64,000 nucleotides of DNA, taken from positions 19,493 to 83,492 of the forward strand of contig JBBTRB010000006.1 of NCBI GenBank assembly GCA_038065395.1, written 5' to 3'. The position numbers and the translations under genes were made by a program. Each line of letters opens with the position of its first letter. Position 1 is the first letter of the stretch. This DNA is from Patescibacteria group bacterium (GTDB lineage: Bacteria > Patescibacteriota > Minisyncoccia > Phycocordibacterales > PALSA-1337). Shown in pieces: positions 1 to 8,902 of the stretch. A model generated the notes under the pieces. It was not told the origin of the DNA, did not search any database, and saw nothing but the letters and a program-made list of their open reading frames with translations.

Positions 1-7
1 GATCAAA

Positions 8-1135
8 GTGGTTATTGCTCATGCCCGAGAAAAAACCGATCGCGGACTACCTCGTATCATCGCTGCAGTCATGACCGAATCCAAAGGTCTTCGTCACGGC
101 TACATCACCAATGTCCAAGAAGCTGCCGAGAGTATCCGTAGAGCTGTTGCACTCGCCGAGGAAAAGGTTGGTACAAAAGTCAAAAAAGCTTTTATCGGTA
201 TTGGAGGTATCGGACTTTCGAGTGTCTCGGTATCGAGCTTCATCATGACCTCACGTGCAGATGCCGAGATCACCAGTCTCGACCTTTCTAAGCTCCGCGA
301 ACAGTGCGAAAAAGACCTACCGAAAAGTGCCACCGCCAACCGTCGTATCGTCTACGATATTCCGATCCAATACAAGATCGATGGTGCACCCGCGCTCGGC
401 CAACCCCTCGGACTCATCGGTAACAAGATCGAACAAAAGACTCTCTTCATCACCTGTCTCGACCATCATGTCACCAACCTCATTCACGCCGTCAATCAAG
501 CCGGCATCGAGGTCGAAGACGTCATGGCCGCACCACTTGCCGCTTCGTTCGTCACTCTATCCAAAACCCAAAAGATCGCCGGTTGCGTACTCACCAACAT
601 TGGCGCCGAAACTGTTTCTATTGCCATCTTCGAAAACAGCGTACCTACATCGCTCGAAGTCTTCCCGATCGGTTCTACCGATATCACCAACGACATCGCT
701 CTCGGTATCAAAGTTCCCCTCGAAGAAGCCGAGCAGATCAAGGTCGGTGCTATCACTGGCAGTTCGTATCCTCGCAAAAAACTCGACGAGATCATCTCTG
801 CCCGTGTCTCCGATATGTTTGAGCTCATCGAAGGACATCTCAAGAAGATCGGTCGCAACGGGCTCCTCCCTGCGGGTATTATCCTTGCTGGTGGTGGTTC
901 TGGTATCAACTCCATTGATCTCATGGCAAAGTCGTCTCTCAAGATCCCTGCACGTATCGGATCTATCAGTCCTGATAGCAAGTCACCGACCAAAGACGCT
1001 ATCTGGGCTGTTGCCTATGGCCTCACCGCCTGGGGTATCCATACCGAAGAAGGTCCTGAGATCGACACTTCTCTCCAATTCCTCAAACATGGCTGGAAAA
1101 CTCTCGTTCGTTGGTTCAAACAATTTTTGCCTTAG
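8..1135 (+). CDS. ftsA: Cell division protein FtsA (5' end probably outside the window)
   Basis: Actin-like motifs (IGAETVS, GSTDITNDIA, LEEAEQIK, ILAGGGS); directly upstream of ftsZ. Confidence 0.93.
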   Translation: MVIAHAREKTDRGLPRIIAAVMTESKGLRHGYITNVQEAAESIRRAVALAEEKVGTKVKKAFIGIGGIGLSSVSVSSFIMTSRADAEITSLDLSKLREQCEKDLPKSATANRRIVYDIPIQYKIDGAPALGQPLGLIGNKIEQKTLFITCLDHHVTNLIHAVNQAGIEVEDVMAAPLAASFVTLSKTQKIAGCVLTNIGAETVSIAIFENSVPTSLEVFPIGSTDITNDIALGIKVPLEEAEQIKVGAITGSSYPRKKLDEIISARVSDMFELIEGHLKKIGRNGLLPAGIILAGGGSGINSIDLMAKSSLKIPARIGSISPDSKSPTKDAIWAVAYGLTAWGIHTEEGPEIDTSLQFLKHGWKTLVRWFKQFLP

Positions 1136-1240
1136 AAATAGCAATAACCCACCACAAACCTGTTATTCCTGCAAGTTGTGCCCCTTTTTTCGTGTGATAC
1201 TATACACCCTATCAACCACCGTAACACCGTACACGAAATC

Positions 1241-2473
1241 ATGCCCAACATTACTCCTGACATCGAAGCATTCGCACGTATCAAGGTCCTCGGCGTCGGA
1301 GGCTCTGGTGGCAACGCGGTTAGTCACATGATCGCCTCCAAGGTCAAGGGTGTCGACTTTATCGCCATCAACACAGACGCGCAAGATCTCCATCGATCTC
1401 TGGCCAAGAAACGCATTCATATCGGCAAGAACATTACCCGAGGACTCGGTACTGGTATGAATCCCGATCTCGGTCGTCGTGCCGTCGAAGAGAGCAAGGA
1501 CGAACTCCAAGAGGCCGTCAAAGGCGCCGACATGGTCTTCGTCGCTGGTGGACTCGGTGGAGGAACCTGCAGTGGCGCTAGTCCCCAAGTTGCCCGTACC
1601 GCAAAGGAGCTCGGCTGTCTCACTGTTGCCGTTGTTACCAAACCTTTTTACTTCGAAGGACGTCAGCGTGTACGTATCGCCGAGACCGCTCTCGAAGACC
1701 TCCGCAAAGAAGTAGACGCTATCATCGTCATTCCCAACGACAAACTCCTCTCTGCCATCAACAAAGAAACCACCGTCAAGAACGCCTTCGCCATGTGTGA
1801 CGAGATCCTGCGCCAGGCGGTTGAGGGTATCTCTGACCTGATCACCACTCCTGGACTCATCAATATCGACTTTGCAGATATCCGCACCGTCATGGAGAAC
1901 GCCGGCTCGGCACTCATGGGTATCGGCTCTGCCTCAGGCGACAACCGCGCTATCGACGCCGCCAAGGCCGCTATCAATTCTCCCCTTCTCGATGTGTCGA
2001 TCGCTGGCGCAAAGGGTGTCCTGTTCTCGATCGCTGGTGGCGAAGATCTCACCATGTTCGAGATCCAAGACGCCGCCAAAGTCATCACCGAGTCTATCGA
2101 CCCCGAAGCCAAGATCATCTTCGGTACGGTACGCGACGACAAGCTCAAGAAAAACGAGGTCAAGATCACCGTCATTGCAACCGGCTTCCCTGAAGGTCAG
2201 CTCCCTCAACGGTCCACCCCAACACAGACTCCTGAGCAATCCCAGGCCAATGAATCCAGTATTCTCTCTTTTATGAAAAGCGGCACTGCCGACAAAGGCA
2301 AGATCTTCAACCCTGCACCTGAACCTCGCCGTGACCGTGATGCCGTCATCGCCGAAAAGATCACTGACGTCAAAAAAGACGCCAAACCGATCACTCCTCC
2401 CCCTGCCCAAGAAAGCTCCGACGATGAATGGGGCGCCATACCGGCTTTTTTGAGACGGTCACGACTCAAGTAG
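1241..2473 (+). CDS. ftsZ: Cell division GTPase FtsZ
   Basis: GVGGSGGNA, NTDAQ, GGGTCSG tubulin signature, INIDFAD, C-terminal IPAFLRR; ATG at 1241 preferred over the track's 1178. Confidence 0.98.
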   Translation: MPNITPDIEAFARIKVLGVGGSGGNAVSHMIASKVKGVDFIAINTDAQDLHRSLAKKRIHIGKNITRGLGTGMNPDLGRRAVEESKDELQEAVKGADMVFVAGGLGGGTCSGASPQVARTAKELGCLTVAVVTKPFYFEGRQRVRIAETALEDLRKEVDAIIVIPNDKLLSAINKETTVKNAFAMCDEILRQAVEGISDLITTPGLINIDFADIRTVMENAGSALMGIGSASGDNRAIDAAKAAINSPLLDVSIAGAKGVLFSIAGGEDLTMFEIQDAAKVITESIDPEAKIIFGTVRDDKLKKNEVKITVIATGFPEGQLPQRSTPTQTPEQSQANESSILSFMKSGTADKGKIFNPAPEPRRDRDAVIAEKITDVKKDAKPITPPPAQESSDDEWGAIPAFLRRSRLK

Positions 2474-2475
2474 CA

Positions 2476-2503
2476 TTGACTTTTATACTGGATCGACTAT
2501 ACT
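2476..2503 (+). promoter_or_regulatory. Sigma70-type promoter antisense to the PemK/MazF gene
   Basis: TTGACT (2476-2481), 16-nt spacer, TATACT (2498-2503). Confidence 0.55.
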
Positions 2504-2968
2504 TTTAGTTACCTTGGCCTTCGGGCTCCGAGATTCCCCACCTTTTGGTGGGGTTTCGATTTCCAAGGTTTCTAACAGCAACTTCATGAACATAATCAAA
2601 ACTTTTTGAAAAGTTTTTACATCGAGATGCGACATCTTTCTTATAAGTCTTTTACTACTTATGATGCGTATCTGATCGAGAAGAATTTGTGAGTGTAATC
2701 CTGTACACGTCGTATGAATTCTATATTTCAGATCAAGTATTTTGGTAGTAAGTGGGGCTATGAGCGTCAAATCTTTCCTGATCTTCTTGATAACAAGAAC
2801 TGGCCTCTCGAATGTTTCGGTAGTTCCATCTTGCTCTGAGCCAATATTCACCCCCAACGCACACCACCATAACTCTCTTTCATAGAAAAAGTCATTGAAT
2901 TCTCGGGAATCGATCTGTTCCGCATGATCGCTCCACAATTTGAACTGTTTGATATATATCTCAGACAT
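2483..2968 (-). CDS. PemK/MazF-family toxin (type II-like endoribonuclease), no adjacent protein antitoxin
   Basis: WWCALGVNIGSEQDG...FERPVLVIKK...PLTT...LDQIRIISSKRL motif string; AT-rich; start at 2968 preferred. Confidence 0.85.
   Translation of the reverse strand: MSEIYIKQFKLWSDHAEQIDSREFNDFFYERELWWCALGVNIGSEQDGTTETFERPVLVIKKIRKDLTLIAPLTTKILDLKYRIHTTCTGLHSQILLDQIRIISSKRLIRKMSHLDVKTFQKVLIMFMKLLLETLEIETPPKGGESRSPKAKVTKSIVDPV
2509..2562 (+). ncRNA. Putative small cis-antisense RNA (candidate antitoxin)
   Basis: Downstream of the promoter: cttgg-cc-TTCG-gg-ct-ccgag hairpin, then ccccacc-tttt-ggtgggg hairpin followed by T-rich sequence. Confidence 0.45.
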
Positions 2969-3059
2969 TAGCGTAACTATACTCAACCGAGATAAAATCC
3001 GTATGAATTTAGGTTCAAGAAACGATAAATTCAACGAAAGATGTGCTAAGATGATCCCT

Positions 3060-3995
3060 ATGTCTCATATCTACGATCTTGCGATCATCGGCGGAGGACC
3101 AGGCGGTGCAGCGGCTGGTGTGTATGCATCACGCAAACGTCTCAAGACAGTTTTCATCACAAAAGACTGGCTCGGCCAGAGTAATGTCTCCGAGAAGATC
3201 GAGAACTGGGTCGGTACCATAGCAATATCAGGACTCGAACTCTCTACGAGTCTCGAAAAGCACGTCAAAGCCTACGCCGAAGGGATCATTGATTTCAAAG
3301 AGGGCGAGCTATGTACCCAGATACAAAAGTCAGACACGGAAGATGCCGTCTTCACGATCTCAACTGACAAGGGTTCGTACCAGGCCAAGACGATCCTGAT
3401 CACAAGTGGCAGCAGCAGACGCACACTCGATGTGCCTGGCGCCAAAGAATACGACAACAAAGGTCTGACCTACTGTGCGACCTGCGATGGCCCTCTCTTT
3501 GCCGACCAGGACGTCGTGGTCGTTGGTGGTGGCAATGCCGGATTCGAAAGTGCCGCGCAGCTCCTGGCATACTGCAAGAGTGTCACGCTCCTCTCACGCA
3601 GTGAATTCAAGGCAGACCCGGGCACCGTCGAAAAAGTCCTGAGTAACCCCAAGATGCGTGCCATAACCAATGCACTTCCCAAAGAAGTCCGCGGAGAGAA
3701 GTTCGTCACCTCATTCACCTATACTGACACTGCTTCTGGTACAGATATCACACTTCCAGTCACGGGTGTATTCGTCGAAGTAGGCTCGATCCCCAACAGT
3801 AGTTTCGTCAAAGACATCGTCAAGCTCGACCAATACAACCGTATCCCTGTTGACCCACGTACCCAGATGACTTCTACCCCGGGTATCTGGGCAGCTGGAG
3901 ATGTGACCGACGGACTTTACCATCAGAACAACATCGCAGCCGGAGATGCCGTGAAAGCTCTCGAAGATATCTATCTGTATATCCACGCAAAATAA
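3060..3995 (+). CDS. trxB: Thioredoxin reductase / FAD-dependent disulfide oxidoreductase
   Basis: DLAIIGGGPGG, CATCDG, VVGGGNAG, GIWAAGDVT. Confidence 0.9.
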   Translation: MSHIYDLAIIGGGPGGAAAGVYASRKRLKTVFITKDWLGQSNVSEKIENWVGTIAISGLELSTSLEKHVKAYAEGIIDFKEGELCTQIQKSDTEDAVFTISTDKGSYQAKTILITSGSSRRTLDVPGAKEYDNKGLTYCATCDGPLFADQDVVVVGGGNAGFESAAQLLAYCKSVTLLSRSEFKADPGTVEKVLSNPKMRAITNALPKEVRGEKFVTSFTYTDTASGTDITLPVTGVFVEVGSIPNSSFVKDIVKLDQYNRIPVDPRTQMTSTPGIWAAGDVTDGLYHQNNIAAGDAVKALEDIYLYIHAK

Positions 3996-4051
3996 GTTCA
4001 CAATCCCCCTCTTGTCTTCCCTGCTTCTTGAATCATGAATCCTGGATCTTT

Positions 4052-4579
4052 CTATTCGCACTCTCCCCACAGACCTTTTTTATTTTGCTTGGCTTCCCTC
4101 TCAGTTTTTCGAAATTCTTTTTGCAGAGAATAGGGTTTGCCATAGGTATATTCTCGGGCAAAGCCCTTTTCAAGCAAGTGTTCGTTGATGAACATGCCAT
4201 CGTCACGATACACATAGGCTAGGTAGCGGCCATATTTGTCGAGGACTTCTCTGTCGGGGTTGAGCACAAGCCTGACCGAATGATCCTTGAGCATGCTCTT
4301 TGTTTCAGCTGAAGCTTCTGCACCATAACACTGGGCAGGTTTACGAGGATCTACCGTCTCTGGAGTGTCGATACCCAACATGCGAACCGTGATATGTTTG
4401 CGTTTCACTACGAGAGTGAATGTATCACCATCGAGAATTGCCTCGACCGGATAGAGGACGCGAGGATCAATAGAGACTACTTTTTGTTGCTCCACCCTTT
4501 CAGGGAGAAGGATCCAGTAACCTATAACACCGATACATACGACTACGCACACGAGCAGAACCTTCTTCTTTGTATTCAT
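4052..4579 (-). CDS. Thermonuclease (SNase-like) with N-terminal membrane anchor
   Basis: LDGDT, VRMLGIDTPE, DKYGRYLAYVY, A..KKGLW motifs. Confidence 0.92.
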   Translation of the reverse strand: MNTKKKVLLVCVVVCIGVIGYWILLPERVEQQKVVSIDPRVLYPVEAILDGDTFTLVVKRKHITVRMLGIDTPETVDPRKPAQCYGAEASAETKSMLKDHSVRLVLNPDREVLDKYGRYLAYVYRDDGMFINEHLLEKGFAREYTYGKPYSLQKEFRKTEREAKQNKKGLWGECE

Positions 4580-4658
4580 GGAGCTGGCAGGCTCACGATC
4601 TTCCGTGGCGACAGTATATCAGAAGTATTCATACCACAATAGCGACAATTACATTATA

Positions 4659-4687
4659 TTGACATAGAGTCAACTACATAGTAGAGT
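4659..4687 (+). promoter_or_regulatory. Sigma70-type promoter of ORFan cassette
   Basis: TTGACA, 17-nt spacer, TAGAGT. Confidence 0.55.
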
Positions 4688-4760
4688 ACCGACTAGTGGC
4701 ACCTTCTCATGAAGGTGCCAATTTTTGAAAATACAACCTCGAACCCCGAAAGGATCGAAT

Positions 4761-6359
4761 ATGAAGCTCCTCAAAAACACGCCAGGACTGGCATGGACAT
4801 GGATGGTGCTGGTCTGCACCCTCCTCTTCAGAACCCCAGATGCATACACTGCGGTACGTATCGGATTGACCCGGACTGGTCCACAGACACTGTCACTCAC
4901 CTGGCCCAGTAGTCCCAACGTCATCTACCGAGTGCAAAGCTCGACCAATGCTCATGGTCCGTGGAAGAAGTCATTCTCCCCCGTTCTAGGCAATGGCCAG
5001 CAAAAGTCTATCCCTCTACCAAGCCCGAAGCCAATGGAACTGTTCCGGTTGACTGAATTATCGATCGATAGTTCGATCGACCTGACCGAAGATCATCTGC
5101 TCAGTGGTACGGTACAGATCGACATTACTGCTCTTGCAACATCAGGTGACATACAGTCTATCGGGCTGTGGGATATCTTCCGGAGCACCACCAATGTCCT
5201 TGATTATATCGACATCCGCGACCCGTCTCGACGGTCATTCACGGTCAACACTGCACATCTGCGCAACGGAACTCATGGATTGCAACTGGAACTCATCACA
5301 CCGAACCTCATCTCGTACTCAGACATGGTGCCAGTGCGTTCCAGCAATGCTATCGCCGTGGTCAGTCAGATCCCCACAGAGTTCATGAGGTACCTCGAAT
5401 TCGTACCTCATGCTACCAATGGCACCTACTCGGTCATCGTCAAGAATGACCAAGGTACGATGGTACAAAGCACTAACCGGAATATGGCAGGATCACTGAG
5501 TACCAACGGTACGATCGTCTTCAAAGATGGCTCTGCTCGTTTCACCAACATCTACAGCAGTGCCTACTTCGACTATACGATCACCACCGTGGTAGGACAG
5601 ACAACCAGCACCTATTCCTTCCGATCACCGACGGTCAGCGTCTTCGATTGGCTGGAAGGGACAGTTATCGGCCAAGTGCCTGCAGAGCTGGATATTGAGA
5701 CGAGTGAACTCGAACGTATGCTCCTTGCGCCAACGGTCAACTTTGGCTTTTGGGGAGATATGTTCATCTTTGCCACACAAACACGCGAGACCACGGTTGA
5801 AAGCTGGAATATGCTCGCGGATAGCACTTACGAGGTGTGTAACGACTACCTACTCGGTTCTTATGGACGTGCACCTTCGCACGTACATATCTATAGTTCT
5901 GGTGGAACTGACTATGTCGGTTCCCGAAGTACGAACAAAACCGAAGGAGTAAGCACTGCCACGCTACAGAGTCTGAGTCTGTCCAACCGTCCAACGTTCT
6001 TATTCCTGGATGGCTGTTCGGTACCCAGAAGTCTGGCTGCTCACCTCTCAGGGATCACTGATCTCGGAGCCCGTTGGTCTAGAGCAGATCTCCTCCGAGA
6101 AGGACGAAGACCACATGTCGTCTTTTACTGGAAAGATACTCCGTTCCCTTACCAGGAAGCGGATGTCTCTGTACGACATCGAAGCTTCATCGCCGATCTG
6201 TACACGGAACTCTGGAAACCAGACTTCATCGGACTTCCTGCTCAGACGATCGATGTTGCACTGGCCAAGATGCGTCAGCGATACCCAGGACCCATGAGCG
6301 AACTCTACAGGATGGGTTCGACGGATATCTTCATCGACGAGACGCTACCCCATCAGTGA
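4761..6359 (+). CDS. Secreted hypothetical protein (beta-rich N-terminal part; C-terminal region with FLFLDGCS)
   Basis: Long ORF, signal-peptide-like N-terminus, AAAGGA RBS before ATG 4761, promoter upstream and terminator downstream. Confidence 0.75.
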   Translation: MKLLKNTPGLAWTWMVLVCTLLFRTPDAYTAVRIGLTRTGPQTLSLTWPSSPNVIYRVQSSTNAHGPWKKSFSPVLGNGQQKSIPLPSPKPMELFRLTELSIDSSIDLTEDHLLSGTVQIDITALATSGDIQSIGLWDIFRSTTNVLDYIDIRDPSRRSFTVNTAHLRNGTHGLQLELITPNLISYSDMVPVRSSNAIAVVSQIPTEFMRYLEFVPHATNGTYSVIVKNDQGTMVQSTNRNMAGSLSTNGTIVFKDGSARFTNIYSSAYFDYTITTVVGQTTSTYSFRSPTVSVFDWLEGTVIGQVPAELDIETSELERMLLAPTVNFGFWGDMFIFATQTRETTVESWNMLADSTYEVCNDYLLGSYGRAPSHVHIYSSGGTDYVGSRSTNKTEGVSTATLQSLSLSNRPTFLFLDGCSVPRSLAAHLSGITDLGARWSRADLLREGRRPHVVFYWKDTPFPYQEADVSVRHRSFIADLYTELWKPDFIGLPAQTIDVALAKMRQRYPGPMSELYRMGSTDIFIDETLPHQ

Positions 6360-6374
6360 AAGTACTGTCACACA

Positions 6375-6409
6375 TCCCCTTGCCACCTGAAAACGGCAGG
6401 GGGATTTTT
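6375..6409 (+). terminator. Intrinsic terminator
   Basis: tcccct-tgcc...ggca-ggggga stem followed by T tract. Confidence 0.75.
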
Positions 6410-6544
6410 ATATTTATGCACTACAAAAGAGTGTTGACAATGTATGGTCAAATATGAAATAATACTAGTCGGGAAAAACACATGGATGTGTTTTTAGGGA
6501 AACTACATAGCACGTTAACAACTCAAAGAGAAAGGTTACGCAGT

Positions 6545-7303
6545 ATGAAGAAGTGTTTCTCAGTTAGCACTAGATGTGCACTCATCCTCATGTGTCTCGG
6601 CGCATTTGTCCGCCCAACTCATTCACAAATACTCGTCGAACGGTGGGTAGATATCCCCCTTTACTACCTTGATAGCAAGGCTGAACACCGAGTCACTCGG
6701 CGACTCTACTGGTCCGAATGGGTCGAGACCGGCAGGAAGATCTATGATTTCACCCTGAAAGGAGGTACGCTTACCTACCATTTTGGAGTGAGCAAAGGAT
6801 CGACCAACATCATCTACCAGGAACAATATGTGCGTGATCTCGACAACTACACTGTCGATGTGACGCGTTGTGAGTTCTATCACAACAGATACTCAACTGG
6901 TGGAATGCAGACCAATATCTTGAGCCGAACATTCGGCGGTCCCAATTATACGCCTACTGATGACTGGCTCATAGGTACTCGCGTCAGAACGGTAGACAAT
7001 ATCACCCGGCTGACAGACAAGGGCATGTTCACGTTGCGGTATATCAATACCAACAACTACGCTGCATGGGGAAGCCATCACATGCTCATTGGAAGCAAGA
7101 ACACTTCTTTCACGAACACCTTCATCGTAGACGGTCTCAGCATACGTGAGTATGCCCCGTCCTTGGGGGATTTCACACCCCTGACCAAGAAGAACCTGAC
7201 ATGGGCGATCGAACAAGGCGAGGAATGGTTCACGCCACCCCCGCCAGAAGACGAGCTCTGGTCACCAACCCCACAACCTGCACGCACATGGCGTCGCAGA
7301 TAA
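6545..7303 (+). CDS. Secreted hypothetical protein
   Basis: GAAAGG RBS before ATG 6545, signal-peptide-like N-terminus, TTGACA at 6434. Confidence 0.7.
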   Translation: MKKCFSVSTRCALILMCLGAFVRPTHSQILVERWVDIPLYYLDSKAEHRVTRRLYWSEWVETGRKIYDFTLKGGTLTYHFGVSKGSTNIIYQEQYVRDLDNYTVDVTRCEFYHNRYSTGGMQTNILSRTFGGPNYTPTDDWLIGTRVRTVDNITRLTDKGMFTLRYINTNNYAAWGSHHMLIGSKNTSFTNTFIVDGLSIREYAPSLGDFTPLTKKNLTWAIEQGEEWFTPPPPEDELWSPTPQPARTWRRR

Positions 7304-7315
7304 CAGGAGTTCACT

Positions 7316-8086
7316 ATGAACATTCGACCTCACGTATCTATCCCCTGTACCCTTATCCTTGGCAGCGTTCTGTTGTTGTGGGTATTGAGTCCAAGGAGAA
7401 GTACTGAACAACGTCCTCTATCGATCGAGGTTGCCTCCTCTTCGGAGAGACCTCATGAGATGCCGACGCCTGAATTCGTTGCACGGCCAGCCATGCAACA
7501 TCCTCTGTTGGTACGATCCGATCATCCTCGGCCCGAGGCACATATTCCCTCTGCCGAAGAAATCCTGGGTTCGTTCACAACACTGCCCGCATCCTTACGT
7601 GACCCGAAGATAGTCAAAGCGATCCAGGAGCATCGAGTATCGAGCTCTCGGATCCTCTCGGCAATGCCAAAAGCGCCTTTGTCCTATGACCCTCCAGAAC
7701 TAAGTGAGGATCCTACTGACGAAGAAATCGCGGCTCGAGATCGTTATGATCTCGAATTCCGAAGCAAGCGTCTCGCTACTGCAGATGACGAGCGTACCTC
7801 ACTCGCACAAGTACAGATCGCTGCTACTGAGGCACTCAACGGTCTGGAAACTACACTCGGTGCCGCTTACCCTGACTACGTCCAGTGGACCATGGCCGAG
7901 AGCATCGCCGCTACTCTGTCATGGCATCTTGAAAGTGAACAAGGGACTCGTTCGGCCGCAGAAAACATCGTCAAGATGGTCTCCCAAGGCCACTCAGTCG
8001 ATGATATCTTCGACCGGATCGAAATCCTCAAACCTCTTCGAGGGACCGAAGTAGTAACGTTCGTCAGTACACGTGTACGACCATGA
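7316..8086 (+). CDS. Membrane-anchored hypothetical protein
   Basis: AGGAG RBS, one N-terminal hydrophobic helix, Pro-rich linker; terminator after it. Confidence 0.7.
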   Translation: MNIRPHVSIPCTLILGSVLLLWVLSPRRSTEQRPLSIEVASSSERPHEMPTPEFVARPAMQHPLLVRSDHPRPEAHIPSAEEILGSFTTLPASLRDPKIVKAIQEHRVSSSRILSAMPKAPLSYDPPELSEDPTDEEIAARDRYDLEFRSKRLATADDERTSLAQVQIAATEALNGLETTLGAAYPDYVQWTMAESIAATLSWHLESEQGTRSAAENIVKMVSQGHSVDDIFDRIEILKPLRGTEVVTFVSTRVRP

Positions 8087-8103
8087 TGGATCCGTCAACT
8101 TCC

Positions 8104-8135
8104 CTCGAGCCACAACCTGGCTTGAGGTTTTTTTA
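8104..8135 (+). terminator. Intrinsic terminator
   Basis: cctcgagcca-caacc-tggcttgagg followed by T7. Confidence 0.7.
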
Positions 8136-8200
8136 TTCTTGATACCTGGCATCTTTGAAGTCTGACGGTTTTGATGTAGGATAGGGCGATAGTACTATAC

Positions 8201-8287
8201 GGAGAGATGGCTGAGTGGTTTAAGGCAGCGGTTTACTAAACCGCCGTTCCCTCACGGGAACCGTGGGTTCGAATCCCACTCTCTCCG
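8201..8287 (+). tRNA. tRNA-Ser with ACT anticodon
   Basis: GGAGAGA/TCTCTCC acceptor, G73, long variable arm, anticodon arm GCGGT-TT-ACT-AA-ACCGC, TTCGAAT T-loop; CCA not encoded. Confidence 0.93.
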
Positions 8288-8291
8288 CAGT

Positions 8292-8317
8292 TGATCTGTA
8301 CCCCATAAAGTGGACAC
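8292..8317 (+). mobile_element. Possible isolated IS3-family terminal inverted repeat
   Basis: TGATCTGTACCCCATAAAGTGGACAC resembles the IS3 left end (TGATCT...AGTGGACAC); no transposase or second end seen. Confidence 0.35.
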
Positions 8318-8476
8318 GGGTACACGTTTTCTTTTGTTAGAATTAGAAAATCATACAATGAAGACACCGAGGCTTGAGTCAGGTGGTTACAAATATTAAC
8401 CAGTTGGAAATGATAGCAGAAGACAGGAAAATGCGTCTAAAAATGTTAGAATTATCAAAGAATCGAAAACAAAACT

Positions 8477-8830
8477 ATGCCCTTACCAATGCCCCAAAGA
8501 GTTCCTGAGCCAGGCTTTTACTATCACTACAAGCATGATCCAAGTGGAACCATTAACGACTATGCCTATGAAGTTGTAGGTGTCGGATTCCATACTGAGG
8601 ATGATGTTCGTCCCGGTGAAGCTCACTTCATTGTGTATCGTCCGTTGTATGAGGCCTCGGTCTACAAAGCTTCGAAAGTGCTCGGTATCCCCTGTTTCGA
8701 CAATCGTCCGCTCGAAATGTGGATGGAGAATATCGAGAAAGAGGGTAGATCCTTTCCTCGTTTTCAGAAGATCACTGATCCTACAATCATCTCTGAACTC
8801 AAGAAGGTCAGAGATGCGATGTATATTTAA
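8477..8830 (+). CDS. DUF1653-like small protein
   Basis: GFYYHYK...YEVVG..H.E...VYRPLY...RPLEMW...RF pattern. Confidence 0.7.
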   Translation: MPLPMPQRVPEPGFYYHYKHDPSGTINDYAYEVVGVGFHTEDDVRPGEAHFIVYRPLYEASVYKASKVLGIPCFDNRPLEMWMENIEKEGRSFPRFQKITDPTIISELKKVRDAMYI

Positions 8831-8902
8831 GAGACCACAACATTCCAGAATGTCTCACAAATTCTGGAATTTTTAATACTACGAATCTGCTAAAATCTAC
8901 TC

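Noticed and set aside
255-1331. 358-aa alternative-frame ORF over ftsA, and many similar long shadow ORFs (e.g. 46976-47896, 61952-62617)
   Set aside because: They overlap well-conserved genes and have S/R/P-rich composition typical of off-frame reading under strong codon bias.
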